Part shown: positions 37,396 to 50,170 of the stretch, piece by piece
Numbering within the stretch: the stretch's first letter is position 1
Layout: each line of letters opens with the position of its first letter
Assembly (NCBI GenBank): GCA_964270895.1
Contig: OZ185439.1
Strand: one strand, 5' to 3'
Origin: Podarcis filfolensis
Taxonomy: Eukaryota
DNA length: 64,000 nt
The notes under the pieces: generated by a model
Database searches by the model: none
Told to the model about the DNA's origin: nothing
The model's input: only the letters and a program-made list of their open reading frames with translations
Position numbers and translations under genes: made by a program

Positions 37396-39067
37396 CTGCC
37401 CCACTTGTAGTCACTACATGAATTTAACTGAAACAGGCACTCTGGTTTTTATACATGCATTGAGAAGGCTTGGAAACCATGTTGGATGCCCCAACCACTT
37501 AGCCACCGTAGGTCTGCATAGCCAGCCACAGGCTTTGTTATTTTTCAAAGTCTCTAATTCTGGCTAGAGGCAATTCTTGCATTTTCTCCTTCTGCAGCAG
37601 CAGATGGAAGCTTTGTGAATGTGCGGAGGGTTGGCTCTTCTGTCTGTTGCTCACTCTGGTGGTGGGCTCATGGGGTGCGGCAGCTAACTCACCATCTATC
37701 TGGCAAGCCCCCCCTTACAGTTTATTATTTTGATTATCTGAGTTGTAGGCAATCCTGGATCCTGTGACAGAAGCTTTGTAGACAGAGTCCATGCTGTTTT
37801 AAGGTGTGTGTGCATGTGTGTGAAGATTGCTAAGTTTTGTCTTTTTGAATTGCGATCAGCTTTCAGGTAAGCATCTTGTACGTTTTATATTTTATTTCTT
37901 TGCATGAAAACTACTGTGGGCCAGACTTAGGCATGCAGGTAAAGTGCACCTGTGAGTGAAAAGCAGCTCAGGGGAAGCTACAGCAGACACAGGATCATAG
38001 CAAAGGGGAGTTTAACTCTTCCTGTACCTGTCAACAAGAATCTCCACTCTGATGCTGTTATTTGCATTTCAAGTGATGTTCCCATTCATGGTTTAGAACA
38101 GGGAAGGAGAATTGGTGGCCCTCTAGATGTTATTGGACCACAACTCCTATCATCCCTGATCACTGGCCACGCTGGCTGGGGCTGATGGGAGACACTCAGG
38201 GGGGATTGTTTTTGTTTGTTACTGTGTTGTACATTTTTGTGTTTTTATATTGTAAACTTTCCTGTGATCCTCTGATGAATGCTAGTATAGAAATTGAGGG
38301 GGGGCGGGGCTCAAGCAAAAGATTAAAAATTAAAATAGAATCTATCAACATCCAGATGACTACAAGTTCCATCATCTGTTGTTTAGCAGTTGCTCAAACT
38401 TCACCCATGCTTTTATTTACATAATAGAAAAATTGCACACTAACTGTGTCCATTGAATTAGCACCTAATATGGCTCAAAGAATTTTGGCCAATTGTGCAA
38501 AGTATAAAGAGCAATATTTTTTTAAGGGTATGACAGGCTGTTTCCTCAGGCTAGAGCTGCCAAGTTTAGCTCACAGAATTTGTCTTCATAACCATTTTTA
38601 TAGCAAGTCAAGTTGCAGCAAGAAAAATACCAATTTTGAGCCTGGGATCCTATAGCTAATCCCACTTGTTTTTCCTTAGTGGAAGCAACATATGTGCAGT
38701 ATACACAGGCGTCTCCGATACTTGGAAGCCATGGCCTCAAGAGCAATAGTAATCTATACCAGTTGCTCAGATATTCTTCTGAATGTCATCCAGACTCACC
38801 TTCTGGAAGGAAATTGATCTGGAAAAACCTCACAAGAACTGTAGTCCTTCATCATGGCGCTTTAGTACAGAAATGTGATCTGTGGGGAGTCATGCACAAC
38901 TTCCCTACTTTCTGTGTTTTCCAGCATGGTTCAAAGTTTTGATGGATGTCCATTTGATGCACTTTCAATTAGGAGCTTCTGTGGAGAAATGGAAAGCTGC
39001 TCAGATTAAAAGCAGCTGTCTTATGCTGAGTAAGACCACCGGTCCATCTGGCTCAGTATAGTCTATG

Positions 39068-39207
39068 TCAGCCTCTTCCAACTTGGTGTCTTCCAATATA
39101 TTTTGGACTACAACTTCCATCAGTCCTATCCAGCTTTGCTAATGGTCAGGGAAGATGGCAGCTGTAGTCCCAGACATCTGCAGGACACCAAATTGGAGAA
39201 GGCTGGT
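39068..39207. mobile_element. URR1-like hAT MITE
   Basis: cagcctcttccaacttggtgtc...ggactacaacttcc...gacaccaaattggagaaggctg foldback. Confidence 0.7.
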
Positions 39208-41297
39208 CTGCAATAGTGCTGTGCTGAAAGCTCTTCCAATTTCTCAAAGGCTTTCTTTTCATGTGGAAGAAGACTTGTGTTTTTCTGCTTCATTCTTAGG
39301 AATGTCTCCTTAATTTTGGTGAGTGTCATCCATTTGTGTTCAAGATTTTCCCTGGGCTGCCTCTGCCTGAGATATCTGTAAGAAGAAACCCTCCTTTAGA
39401 ACAAACTCTGGTACACAGTGATTCCTCCCAGCATATTTTATGGTGGGGGCACAACAATTTGTGCTCTCAGTCAGTCCAAAACAACAACGCAACATTTTAA
39501 AACACTGCTGTACAAACTACTGTAGCTTTGGGGAGTCACTGTGCTTCAAAAGCACTGCTTGATCTTGTTCATTACTCATCTACTACATAATAACTAAAAA
39601 TAGAATGGGTTTGCACGAGTAAAAATTTACCGACCGCTCCTGTTCCTGCTGTCCAGGGCAGAAAAATCCTGGCGGCTGTGCTGCAAAAAAACAATTCACT
39701 GAAGCAGACGGTTCCATCTCAGTGGAACTCAGCCGATTATAGGCTTGAATAACCCATGTAATAACAGCAAGTTGTATGGCAAGTCCAGAAGAGGCCAGGC
39801 AGATATCACCTTGACCTCTCCTAACTGGAATCCAATAGGCAATTATTCATCCTTCTCCGAACATCTGAAGCAATCACTTGGAGTGGGGTGGACAAATGCT
39901 GAGGTAGCATCTTGGAGCAGCAGTTGACCAGAGAGGCAAGACAGTATGTAGCTAGACAGTGGGAGGAGAAGAGGCTCCTAATTGAAAACAGGAGACACAG
40001 TTGAAATGCCAGCACAAAAGAAATGTCGCTCCTACGGTACCCAACTCAAATTACAGAGGCAGTGAACAGAAATGAGTGACAAAAATATTTTTTATCTGAG
40101 AAGTGGTGGATATGAAGACAAAATATCAAGTCTTAAAGAGAATTCATTAGTGGCTAATTGTGAATTCATTGCCTGGGGACCACAAGGAAGCAGTTTCAAC
40201 GTTATGCTGTTACTATTTTGCAATTGCAGACTTTCCCCACCCATAGAAGCCCTTGAATATGTGGTATGCAGATTCCAAAAAAGAACAAAATCCATTTAAA
40301 GCACTAGGAGGAAGCATAAAATATTTGTTGTATTTCTGATAGGGAATCCCTTCTAAGGACAAAAGGCATGCCATGCCTAACAGAGGCAATATGACTTGAC
40401 GTAATTACATATGGCCTCCAGCAAGATGCCAACAGTTTTCACAGGTGCTCCCCATCATTATCAAAGCTGTTCAACTAAAATCACCTATTGCTGAGTCCCA
40501 TTAAATGTCATCTATTTTCTAATGCTCAATTTTTACTATTATATGTTTATAAATTACAGATGTGTTATAATCGGGCAGCTATAGGAGGAAGTTCTTGTGT
40601 AGGCTTTATTAATTATCATTTTATTGTTTTGTCCTTGACAGCAGCTGTAATTAATTTGTAAATAGTGCCTATTCTTGCTTATAACTATGAATATTTTTAA
40701 GGGAAGGATTCTAGCAATGTGGGATATATTCAGTGGACCTTCAATCTGAGGCTGTCCAAAATGTTGCCTCCAAAGTTCTGAAAAAATTTGGTGGCTTTTT
40801 TGAGGGTAGGATTGCTTGTTTGTTAAATCAGAGCAACATAGGATTTAAAGCATTTAACTTCATCTTTAAAATACTCTGCTGATCTGCTTTAACAAAAACA
40901 AAACAATCCTGCTGTCTCCTGTGCTCCACATGTAACACTTTGGACATTCTCACTTCTTGCAAAACCCATGGACCTACCCCAGCAATTGGGAGCCTCTGGT
41001 CCTATTGGCTTACTTCTGCCCAACAGGGCCCTAATTGGGCATGTGTGGCTGTTTTCCCCAAGCTACACCCACCTGCTTCACCCCTGATGTTATGGCCTAC
41101 CTGGAGTGAGGGGACCTCAGATTCCAGTCTGCCAGGCTGAAAAGCCCCCCCCCCCCTAATCTAGAGAAACATGGAAATAGAGGAAAAGGTAGACCTATAT
41201 GGTACATAAAAGTACAGAAACAATTCAGTGACACGAAACTTTGCGGGGACCCTAATTTGATTTGGCAAAGATTAATGACATCATCCTTTGCCTTGTG

Positions 41298-41534
41298 AGC
41301 CAGTGTGGTGTAGTGGTTAAGAGCAGTAGCCTCGTAATCTGGGGAACCAGGTTCGCGTCTCCGCTCCTCCACATGCAGCTGCTGGGTCACACTTCTCTGA
41401 AGTCTCTCAGCCCCACTCACCTCACAGAGTGTTTGTTGTGGGGGAGGAAGGGAAAGGAGAATGTTAGCCGCTTTGAGACTCCTTAAAGGGAGTGAAAGGC
41501 GGGATATCAAATCCAAACTCTTCTTCTTCTTCTT
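41298..41534 (+). mobile_element. Squam3-like SINE
   Basis: Near-identical to 17314-17570 but lacks a short internal segment; (CTT)n tail; 6-bp TSD cttgtg. Confidence 0.92.
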
Positions 41535-41707
41535 CTTGTGGACAGGGGAGACCCCTGAATCACCCCAATTCATCTCATTTATCCCTCATACAGATCCAAT
41601 GCACACTTGTAGAATTTACTAGCATTCCCCCCATAGCCACTCAAAGAATTATTTACCAAACCATCAGCGTCCTCGTTTTCAACTTTTCTTTCTTCTGTTG
41701 TTCCTAG

Positions 41708-41793
41708 TGCACAAGGACACCGAATGCAAATTTGGTCACCGAAAGATTTCTTCTAGCACTCAACTTTAAGACGTGGGCATTTCTCAACAACAG
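41708..41793 (+). other. Candidate exon
   Basis: Long pyrimidine tract ttttcaacttttctttcttctgttgttcctag; possible donor CAG|gtgaaa. Phase 0 is open; phase 1 reads HKDTECKFGHRKISSSTQL-stop. Confidence 0.3.
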
Positions 41794-42978
41794 GTGAAAT
41801 ATGACATTCCATAAACAAGCATGCCCTTGCTGTGAAAGAAGTTTCAACAGATAATACGCCTTGAAAAAAGATTTCAAATGCTGCGTAGAATTTAATATCG
41901 ACAAAGCAACTACTTTAGTAAGGCAGCCCGTGTTCACAACTCAGTCAGATTTCGCAGAGTTCAGAGGCAAGCATCCCAGTGATTTCTATGGGAGCCAAGT
42001 CAGGCATTTTCCTTGAAGGTCCAACTTTCTTAAGAATTTGAGGGCACAGTAACACTACAGAGGGATGTTAGCAGTGGAGTCTGGTCCAGGAGGGCAAGTG
42101 GAGCTCTGCCCCACCAACTTCAATCGGCTCTAAGCCTGTTCCCACCTGCCTGCCTTCTTGCATAGATCCAGTTCAGAGGATGACATCCCTTGGTAGCTTC
42201 CATTTCCTCCATCTCTGTGTTTCTCCTTTAAAAACCAGGAGGGAGCTGGATTGGGGCAAAATTAGAATTAGTTGGTTCTGCAATCATTGACTCTGTCACC
42301 ACCTACTGTTGGACTCCCTGGCTTCCTCCCCACCAGTCCAAATGGGCACTAGTCACCACTGCATGCTAGCGATGAGGAACAGAAGTTGCAAGGATTATTC
42401 CTCCGCTCTTCCCCTTTAGTAGTATTGCTAAATTATAAAAAGGTGCTGACAGACAGTATTGAACAATAATTAGACTGGTGTTTCATTCTTCAGTCATTGT
42501 ATTTAAAAACTTGGAAATGTTTATCCAAGGCACACAGAGGGCTAGTGGGAAATAAGTTTCCTTATTACTGCAGAAAACGGGGGGAGTAATAAGAAACCAC
42601 CCGTAGGAGGAAAATGACTCCATGTGTGATTAGCTCATAAATAATTATGGATTTGTTTTATTCATTACTAATCTTTAATTTAGTTTATGAAATTTATTTA
42701 TCACTTCGCGCAACTGAAATGAGTCCCAAAGGAGGTTTAGGTTATATCTACACCATATGTCTAAAGCACTCTTACAGCACTTTAACAGGCATGGGTTGTC
42801 CCAAAAGATTCATGGGAACTGTAGTTTGTTAAGGGTGCTGGGAATTATAGTTCTGTGGGAGATCTCCTGACAAGTCTCAGCACATTTAAAAGACTGTTGA
42901 AGTGGAGACTGTGGAATGCACAAAAATGTATACGTTTCCAACAAAAGTACAATGTGGATGTGGGTTTTCAAGAAAAGT

Positions 42979-43425
42979 TGTTGTTGTTGTTGTTTAGTCG
43001 TTTAGTCGTGTCCGACTCTTCGTGACCCCATGGACCAGAGCACGCCAGGCACTTCTGTCTTCCACTGCCTCCCGCAGTTTAGTCAGACTCATGTTTGTAG
43101 CTTCGAAGACACTATCCAACCATCTCGTCCTCTGTCGTCCCCTTCTCCTTGTGCCCTCCATCTTTCCCAACATCAGGGTCTTTTCCAGGGAGTCTTCTCT
43201 TCTCATGAGGTGGCCAAAGTATTGGAGCCTCAGCTTCAGGATCTGTCCTTCCAGTGAGCACTCAGGGCTGATTTCCTTAAGAATGGATAGGTTTGATCTT
43301 CTTGCAGTCCAAGGGACTCTCAAGAGTCTCCTCCAGCACCATAATTCAAAAGCATCAATTCTTTGGCGATCAGCCTTCTTTATGGTCCAGCTCTCACTTC
43401 CAGCTCTCACTTCCATACATCACTA
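42979..43425 (-). mobile_element. BovB (RTE LINE) 5'-truncated 3' end
   Basis: Uninterrupted ORF2 C-terminus SESWTIKKAD...HGVTKSRTRLND (42994-43416); (CAA)n tail; 12-bp TSD ttcaagaaaagt (42967-78, 43426-37). Confidence 0.97.
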
Positions 43426-43455
43426 TTCAAGAAAAGTAAGATAACAAATTAATTA

Positions 43456-43603
43456 TTTTTTTTTACTGTGTTTGTATTGCTTTTCTGGGTATCTTATTAA
43501 TTTGTTATCTTACTTTTCAAGAAAGTGAAGTACTTTTCTTGAAAAGTAAGATAACAAATTAATAAGATACCCAGAAAAGCAATACAAACACAGTAAAAAA
43601 AAA
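43456..43603. repeat. Perfect inverted repeat, 69-bp arms, 10-nt spacer
   Basis: 43456-43524 is the exact reverse complement of 43535-43603. Confidence 0.95.
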
Positions 43604-43689
43604 ACATCTGCACACAAAATAATAAAAAACAAGAATATCCACCCCACCTAACACAGGAATGATGACTAGAAACAGCTGCTATAATTTGG

Positions 43690-43910
43690 ACCATTAATAC
43701 AGTTCAAATGCCAGAGAAAATAAAAATGTTTTTGCCTGGCACCAGAAAGATAACAGAGTCAACGCCAGGTGAACTTCCCAGGGGACAGCATTCCATAATG
43801 GGGGACTGCACTACCCCAGAGAGGGCCCTTTCCCTCACTGCCACCCTCAAAACATCTCTTGGAGGAGACACAAGAGAGAAGAGCCTCAAGGGCGGGCTTC
43901 GTTTTTGTTG
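43690..43910 (-). mobile_element. L2-clade LINE 3' fragment
   Basis: ttttgcctggcaccagaaag...ttccataatggggg...gagggccct reverse L2 signature; related fragment at ~44820-44960. Confidence 0.65.
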
Positions 43911-46034
43911 CTTATAACTGTTTCTCTGTATTTTGTTGCTTTGTTTTGCTTTAAAGAAAAGAGCAAATAGGAGCAGATCTAAAACCAGGCCACTATTTCA
44001 GGCCATCAGCTCGTTGTCTGATCTTATGGCAAGACTTCAGGAAAGGACCAACTCTAGGAGTTTGTCAGAAAGCCAGATGTTACATCTGGGAAGAGTTTGC
44101 TTACACCTTGCCATCTGGAACTTTTTAGTGCTCTTGATTGTTTGTTAGTTTGGGGCTTGGGGGGGGGGGGAGGCTCGCTCTAGTAATGATGTTTCACCAA
44201 TCATGATTATGTACTCTGAATTGCACAAGGGCAGTTGTTGGAAGTACAAGAGTAAAATACAAAACAAAAACATTGATGTTGCCAATGTTGTTCCGGCTCA
44301 CATGTGGTAATCAGTGAATGAACAAATAGTTTCCATCTACAGTATGTGTGGAATGCATTTATCTCTCGTCGTAGTATTTCAATATTCTCAACATCATCAA
44401 ATGACGCACACCTGTCTGTCATGCATTTGCTGCTCTTCTGAACTGTACATAGAATTGATGACCAAAAGGTTGTTCAGTGCTACACCAAGGTTAGCAGGCT
44501 AATAGCTTATAATTCTTAGGTTGCAGTAATAATAAAAATAACCCTTATGACAGGCTGAAGAAGGATTGGGCTGAGTGCAGGTGCCCCTCTGCTAGGTTCT
44601 GTTGGAAGCACCAACACAAACCTCACCCTTCTGTCCACCAGAGATGTGTATTTCTGCTGGAAGAGCCCAGTAGAAGACTCTGAAATGGGGTTTTCCAAAA
44701 GGACGGGGTGTGAGGCTGAGGATCCTCTGGAGCTGAGCTGCTTTCACAGCCAGTGCCACCCAATATCAGATAGTCAAACACAGTCAGAATAAAAACATTA
44801 AATCACTGTGCAAACAAAATGCAAACAAAAACGTCTGCCTGGTGCCAAAACAATGACAAACTTGCTGCTAGGAAGGCCTCTTTGGGGAGAGTGTTCAATA
44901 CATGGGGAGCTACCACAGAAAAGACCCATCTCTCACCACCACCCTCCAGACATCTCTTGGATCTCAGGTTCCATGCAAGTTCCTATAGGGAAAGATGATC
45001 CTTTAGGTGTAGGGGTCCTGGGCTGCGTAAGGAGTCAAGGGCTGCCGTACCTCCCCTGCCTGGGTTTCTCCCCCATGTCTCTCTATAGCTATGTGCTTGA
45101 CTGTAGGCAGAAGTATGGTCTTCAGCTTAGCATTACAGCATCCATCCAGACTGGCCATCAAGATCCACCAGCATTATTGCACAGGAATGACATCCCTACC
45201 TGCCTTCTGGCCCCTCCCCTCCAGGCACTTGGTTTGGTCAGATAGACCTCCTCTCAGTCAATGTCTTCTACTGCCCAAGGGTTCCAAGTGTCCTGGAGTC
45301 CCAATAAACAAGCTGATGGAACATTCCAGCCATTTGGAACAGCTTCACTGACAATACCAGAATCCAAAATAATCATAATAAAAGTATACAGAAGCCTTAA
45401 CTCAGTGGTGAGCACATTCTTGAAGCCCCACCGGGAACTAAGCAGGAGAGGCTTGGGGTGGCAGTAGGGCAATAAATGGCTACCAGGAACCACACAGAGG
45501 ATGGCTGAACTACTTATTTTTGAGCTGGCACACTTCTGCAGTGCTTAAGAGGGACCCCAGATCCTTCACCTTTTTTCGACAGCTTCATTAGCTACTGTGT
45601 TTTAGACGGCACGTGGCAGGCTTGGAAGTTCCAGCAGCCCATCAGAGACTCCCAAAATTATTCCTGCTGAGCCCCAAAAGGTGACTAGCAAAAGCCTACA
45701 TTGTGGGAGGGGGGATGGGTGCTGCAAAGCAGGTGGAGGTGTGGGCATGGAGGCAGCTGAACTTGCCAGCCAGCTGTCCCTTCCTATTGGGCACTCCTGC
45801 CCCTGTATTCCCCTAGACCTCCTCCCTTGGGAGAAATCAACTTAAGTCTTCTCCCAGAAAAAGGGTATGTGGCAAATCTGTCCCAGCTACAGAGAGAAAG
45901 GAGCAGTCTCTGTTGAGATAAATGGGATGCCTTGTTCTGTCTTATCCTGACTTGCCAAATTATGGGCAACACAAAACGTGGAAAACTTTGTACACCAAGT
46001 CAAGGCTCACAGGAGGACCATTGTGGATTACTGC

Positions 46035-46344
46035 TGTCAGGGAACTGCCATCGGAGCCAAGAGTGGAGGTAAGGCTCCCCAACGATGCAGGAGAAGGGAC
46101 CAGCAGGGAGAGAGAGAACACTTCCTTTGGGGAAGGAAATCGGCGTGACACCAGGAAGAAAGGGGAGGAGGGAAGGACTTCGGAGACATGGCTCCAAGAC
46201 TCTTCCACAGAGGCCAGCGGGGAGAGCCCAGGACCTCCGCTGGCCACGCCCACTCTGCGCAGAAGACTTCCACGCAGGGAGGCTAGGCGGAGACTTGGCG
46301 TCAAGCAGCTTTTATGTTGGAAGAAGTTCAACCAGTGACTGACA
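46035..46344 (+). mobile_element. Probable Gypsy-type LTR relic (310 bp)
   Basis: TGTCAG...CTGACA termini; 4-bp flanks ctgc/cagc; GC/CpG-rich. Explains ORFs 45922-46338 and 45960-46436. Confidence 0.5.
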
Positions 46345-46578
46345 CAGCCACAGAGAAAGGGCTGTCCAGCCAGGGAAAGGTTTAGCCAGACAACGTTGCC
46401 TAGAGCAGCAGCCCCCTTACGCACGAGCAACCCCAATTCCCTTTACAACTGCATATACATCAAAGGTCCGAGGTTTCCATTCCTTCTTGGAGCAGCCTTG
46501 AAGGGTAAACTTTCTGGGGACAAACCTGTTAACTGCTTGTCCATTGAAGTTATCGCATATGCTTTTCCTGCAATCTTC

Positions 46579-46736
46579 CAATGGCGTAGCGTGGGTTGTC
46601 AGCACCCGGGGCAAGGCAAGTAATTTGCGCCCCCTAACCCGTGGATTTGCGCCCCCTAACCCATGGATTTGCCCTAACCCCAGATGTTGTGCCCGGTGCG
46701 GCTGGCCCCCCCTGCACCCCCCACGCTACGCCACTG
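46579..46736. mobile_element. hAT MITE, 158 bp (same family as 7840-8008)
   Basis: TIR CA(G/A)TGGCGTAGCGTGGG; perfect 8-bp TSD caatcttc. Confidence 0.9.
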
Positions 46737-48792
46737 CAATCTTCATATGCTAGTACAGCATTTGGATTATGAATCTGAAATGTAAATAGTCCAGCTTGAG
46801 CTGCGTTCAACTTTTTTCCGTCAAAGCACAGCCCTAATTCTATCCTTATGTTTAGAATAACTTTTGCTGAGGTCAGGAGGCTGTGTTTGAACCATAAATT
46901 GCGTCTGCTCTGAGACAGTGGGTCTGAGCTCATTTGTCATCCAGAATCTGATCTTGGGCTAATTAAAATAATCACTTCCATGTCACTAGTCAGCCCTGCA
47001 GAGCAATCCTTAATTCCACACCATCTGGCTGCAGAATGCCCTGACCATTTGGAGGCACGAGCAAAATCAGAGGCTTTGAAGTTGCATTACGCAGATGAAA
47101 AGCTGTGTTTCCTGTTAAAGGCCACTTTTACACATGACTAACCAGCAGAAAATTGGTTCAACCTGGGGGCCCTCTGTGGCAATTGGAATGCTGTTGTCTC
47201 TTGGACACTAGGCGCTCTGTGGGTAAGTGTTGGTGGACATGGATGAAACTTCCTTCCTTCCTACCTCCATCAAACAAATTGCCCACATTCAGTTCATGTT
47301 TAAAACTGAATCTATCAAATATTCATTTCCCAAAAACAAGGAGACCCAAAACACACCCAGCCTTGGAAATTCACACCAAATTTTGTGATGCAGCTCTCTG
47401 CCCAATGTTTACAAAAATGCATAAATAAGAGTGCTTTAAAATGAATATATTAGCAAAAATAACATACTTAGGAGAAGTTGCTTGCAAAAATGTGTGCACT
47501 AGTCAAAAGAGCATACAAAAATGTTTTCATTAGCAGAAAATCACACTCTAATGCTAAAGAATTAAATTGCTGCAGAGAAGTGAATTTCAAGTTGGGAAAC
47601 TGGGAAAGCGAGAGAACCAAAATGGACAAGACTTTTCCATCCCAATCTTAGGCACATATATTTCCCATCCCGTTACTATGCAGACACTATACTTCTGAAG
47701 GTATATGAGAGGTTAAAGACTGCATTTTGTACTAGGCAGAAGTTATTATGCAAGATCCATATTTCTGCTGTGCCTCAGACAGTTGAGATTTCCTGGGAGT
47801 AGTCAGGCTTTGATCTGGAAGTAAGGCTAATTTGCAGCCCTAGATTGGCTGAAGCAAATACTGACAAGCAGAACCATTGCAGCCTGCTGTTTCCAGCCAA
47901 ATGCACAGTACTGATCATGGATGCAAATGGAGCTGGGCTAGAAAATAAAGACATCCCAGCAGATGGTTCCCGAAATATTCAGACCGCAGCATGTGCCAGT
48001 CGAGCCTTTCTGGCGGAAATAAAACTAGTCAAATTGAACATGAATCTCTAGCTATTGACCATTAGCTGTGGCATTTCCTTTTGATGGTTCCTAACGCGAC
48101 TTCTCACAAATGATTACAGAACAGGGTTAGAATCTCCAACAGGGGGATATGTAAGGCATCTTAGTTGACGCTTCAAGGGCTAGAAAAAAACTGACCAGTG
48201 CCATCCTTGGCTGTATTCCTAGCCTATCATACATGGCAACATATTGTGGCCTCCTGGAGCACACTCTACTCTGCATTTTAAGTAGGTAAGAACTGAGCAA
48301 TATTTCATGTCAAGCTGTATTATAGGCAAAATGTCCTCCTCTGCCACTGTTTATTATCTTTGGACTGCTGTTTCTCTAATGTTCTCCGAAGCTTTTATGC
48401 AAGTTTCCCTTTGGGTGCACATGCCCCATCCCTATCTCTCCTCCTCACAGCAGAAAACTCATCAACCAACATGCCCTCAGTCTTGTGTCTGGACCATAAA
48501 AAAGAGAAAATATCAGTGTGCATGATCAATATATTGAAGATACCTAGTGTCAAAACCACAAACTATCTCACCCAGCAGTTTCACATAAATACGGAACAGA
48601 TGAGATGACAAGATGGAGCCCTACAAGCAGTGGTGGGGAACCTCAGGCCTGGGGGCACGAATGACGCCCCATATGCCCCAAGGTGATGTGCAAAATATTA
48701 GGAAAAATAACATGCAAACTTACAATTTATATGGGGAAATGACTTGCAAAAACTCTGCATATGAAATAAAGCTGCATACAAAAATGTGTCTA

Positions 48793-49023
48793 CAGTGGTA
48801 CCTCGGGTTACATACGCTTCAGGTTACATACACTTCAGGTTACAGACTCCGCTAACCCAGAAATATTACCTCGGATTAAGAACCTCGCTTCAGGATGAGA
48901 ACAGAAATCGTGCTATGGCGGCACGGCGGCAGCAGGAGGCCCCATTAGCTAAAGTAGTTCTTCAGTTTCAGGTTAAGAACGGACCTCCAGAACGAATTAA
49001 GTACTTAACCCGAGGTACCACTG
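48793..49023 (+). mobile_element. Tc1/pogo-like MITE, family A
   Basis: TIR cagtggtacctcgggtta; TA TSD. Confidence 0.9.
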
Positions 49024-49204
49024 TATTAGGAGAATTGTGCTAAAATACCAAAACATTTTAATAATGTCTTTTAAAAAAACAACTGATGAGAAAATGTGGG
49101 AAACTACAGCTAGCCATGGAAAACTGAGATAAACCAAAATGGATATATTTACCCATCCCTGGGTATATGCCAACACTCACTCCAGTTGCCACCAGAATTA
49201 GAAG

Positions 49205-49507
49205 CAGGGCTTTTGTCGGCCAGAACATGCCAGAGTGCAGTTCTGGCACCTTTTTTTGCCTTGCTTTGTCCAAGAAGTCCACTCACCCAGCAAAGGAAGT
49301 TCCCAAGCAGCAAGGTTCTCGGCATGGCAGCCAAAGCGGTCTGGACTGGTGGGGGCGAGGTGCACACTGGCACGATGGCAGCCAAAGCAGGTGGCAGATT
49401 GAACTGCAAACCCGGCATCTTGTCACGAAATTCTGGTTTCCCTATGGCGTCAGGTTGGCGACTGAGGTGGTGGTTCCTGCACCTTGTTTTCGTAGAAAAA
49501 AGCACCG
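49205..49507. mobile_element. hAT non-autonomous element, 303 bp
   Basis: Perfect 8-bp TSD attagaag (49197-204, 49508-15); termini cagggcttt / aaagcaccg. Explains the overlapping ORFs there. Confidence 0.8.
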
Positions 49508-49574
49508 ATTAGAAGTTTTCTCCACACTGAAACAAAGAAAGTGTAACAGAGTGCTAGAGAACACTTAAGGAAGT

Positions 49575-49681
49575 CTTCCCAACCTGATGTTTTGGACTAC
49601 AACTCCTATCAGCCCCAGCCTGTCAGCAGCTGATGGGAATTGTAGTCCAAAATGTCTGGAGGGCACCAGGTTGGGGAAGGC
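49575..49681. mobile_element. URR1-like hAT MITE
   Basis: cttcccaacctg...ttttggactacaactcc...gggaattgtagtccaaaa...caggttggggaag foldback. Confidence 0.7.
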
Positions 49682-49799
49682 AAAAGAGGCAGTGTCTGGT
49701 GGAGCTGCAAGGTAAACAAAGAGCTTTCACTTTCTTTTCCTAATGCTGGGGAAGCAAATGAACGAGAGGGTTGAGTATTAAAATGCCACTCAAGTTTAG

Positions 49800-50170
49800 A
49801 TTTTATGCTTTCATGCTGCATCTCAATTAATCAAAAGATTTGCCATAAAACCTCAACTGGCAAGGCTGAGAGCGCAGTGGTCATAAAATATGAGCTGATT
49901 AATTTCCCCCTAATTTGTATGATAATTAAAATTCCAACTTTTAATTCTGTTAATTGTCCTCCCGCAAGGGGGTTGATTGGGCTTTGCTAAATCACGCTGT
50001 GAAAATGTGCTTCCCGCAGGTCTGTCTTTGTTTCTCTTAAAAATGTAACGCTTTCGCATAATTATTCCGTAACTTCTATAGATAAATGTGCGCTTATCTC
50101 GTCAGCCTGTTTTGGCATGACTCTAAGCCTAACTTAAGCAGCGCTCATAAATCAAACGCTGAGCATTGTT
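49800..50170. promoter_or_regulatory. Candidate conserved developmental enhancer
   Basis: TE-free; 11 CpG in 49861-50160 vs 1 in the preceding 300 bp; CATAAAA twice, TTTTATG, and TGATTTATG (minus, 50146-54). Confidence 0.55.

Noticed and set aside
41097-41573. 158-aa ORF, with a similar peptide at 17335-17535
   Set aside because: Both come from the same Squam3-like SINE, so they are not a paralogous gene pair.
42994-43444. Two 140-aa ORFs on opposite strands
   Set aside because: The minus ORF is the BovB ORF2 C-terminus and the plus ORF is its antisense shadow. Not host genes.
45922-46436. 138-aa and 158-aa ORFs
   Set aside because: They overlap a GC-rich LTR-like relic; low-complexity peptides with no recognisable domain.
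49149-49568. Three overlapping 108-133-aa ORFs
   Set aside because: They coincide with a 303-bp hAT element bounded by a perfect 8-bp TSD.
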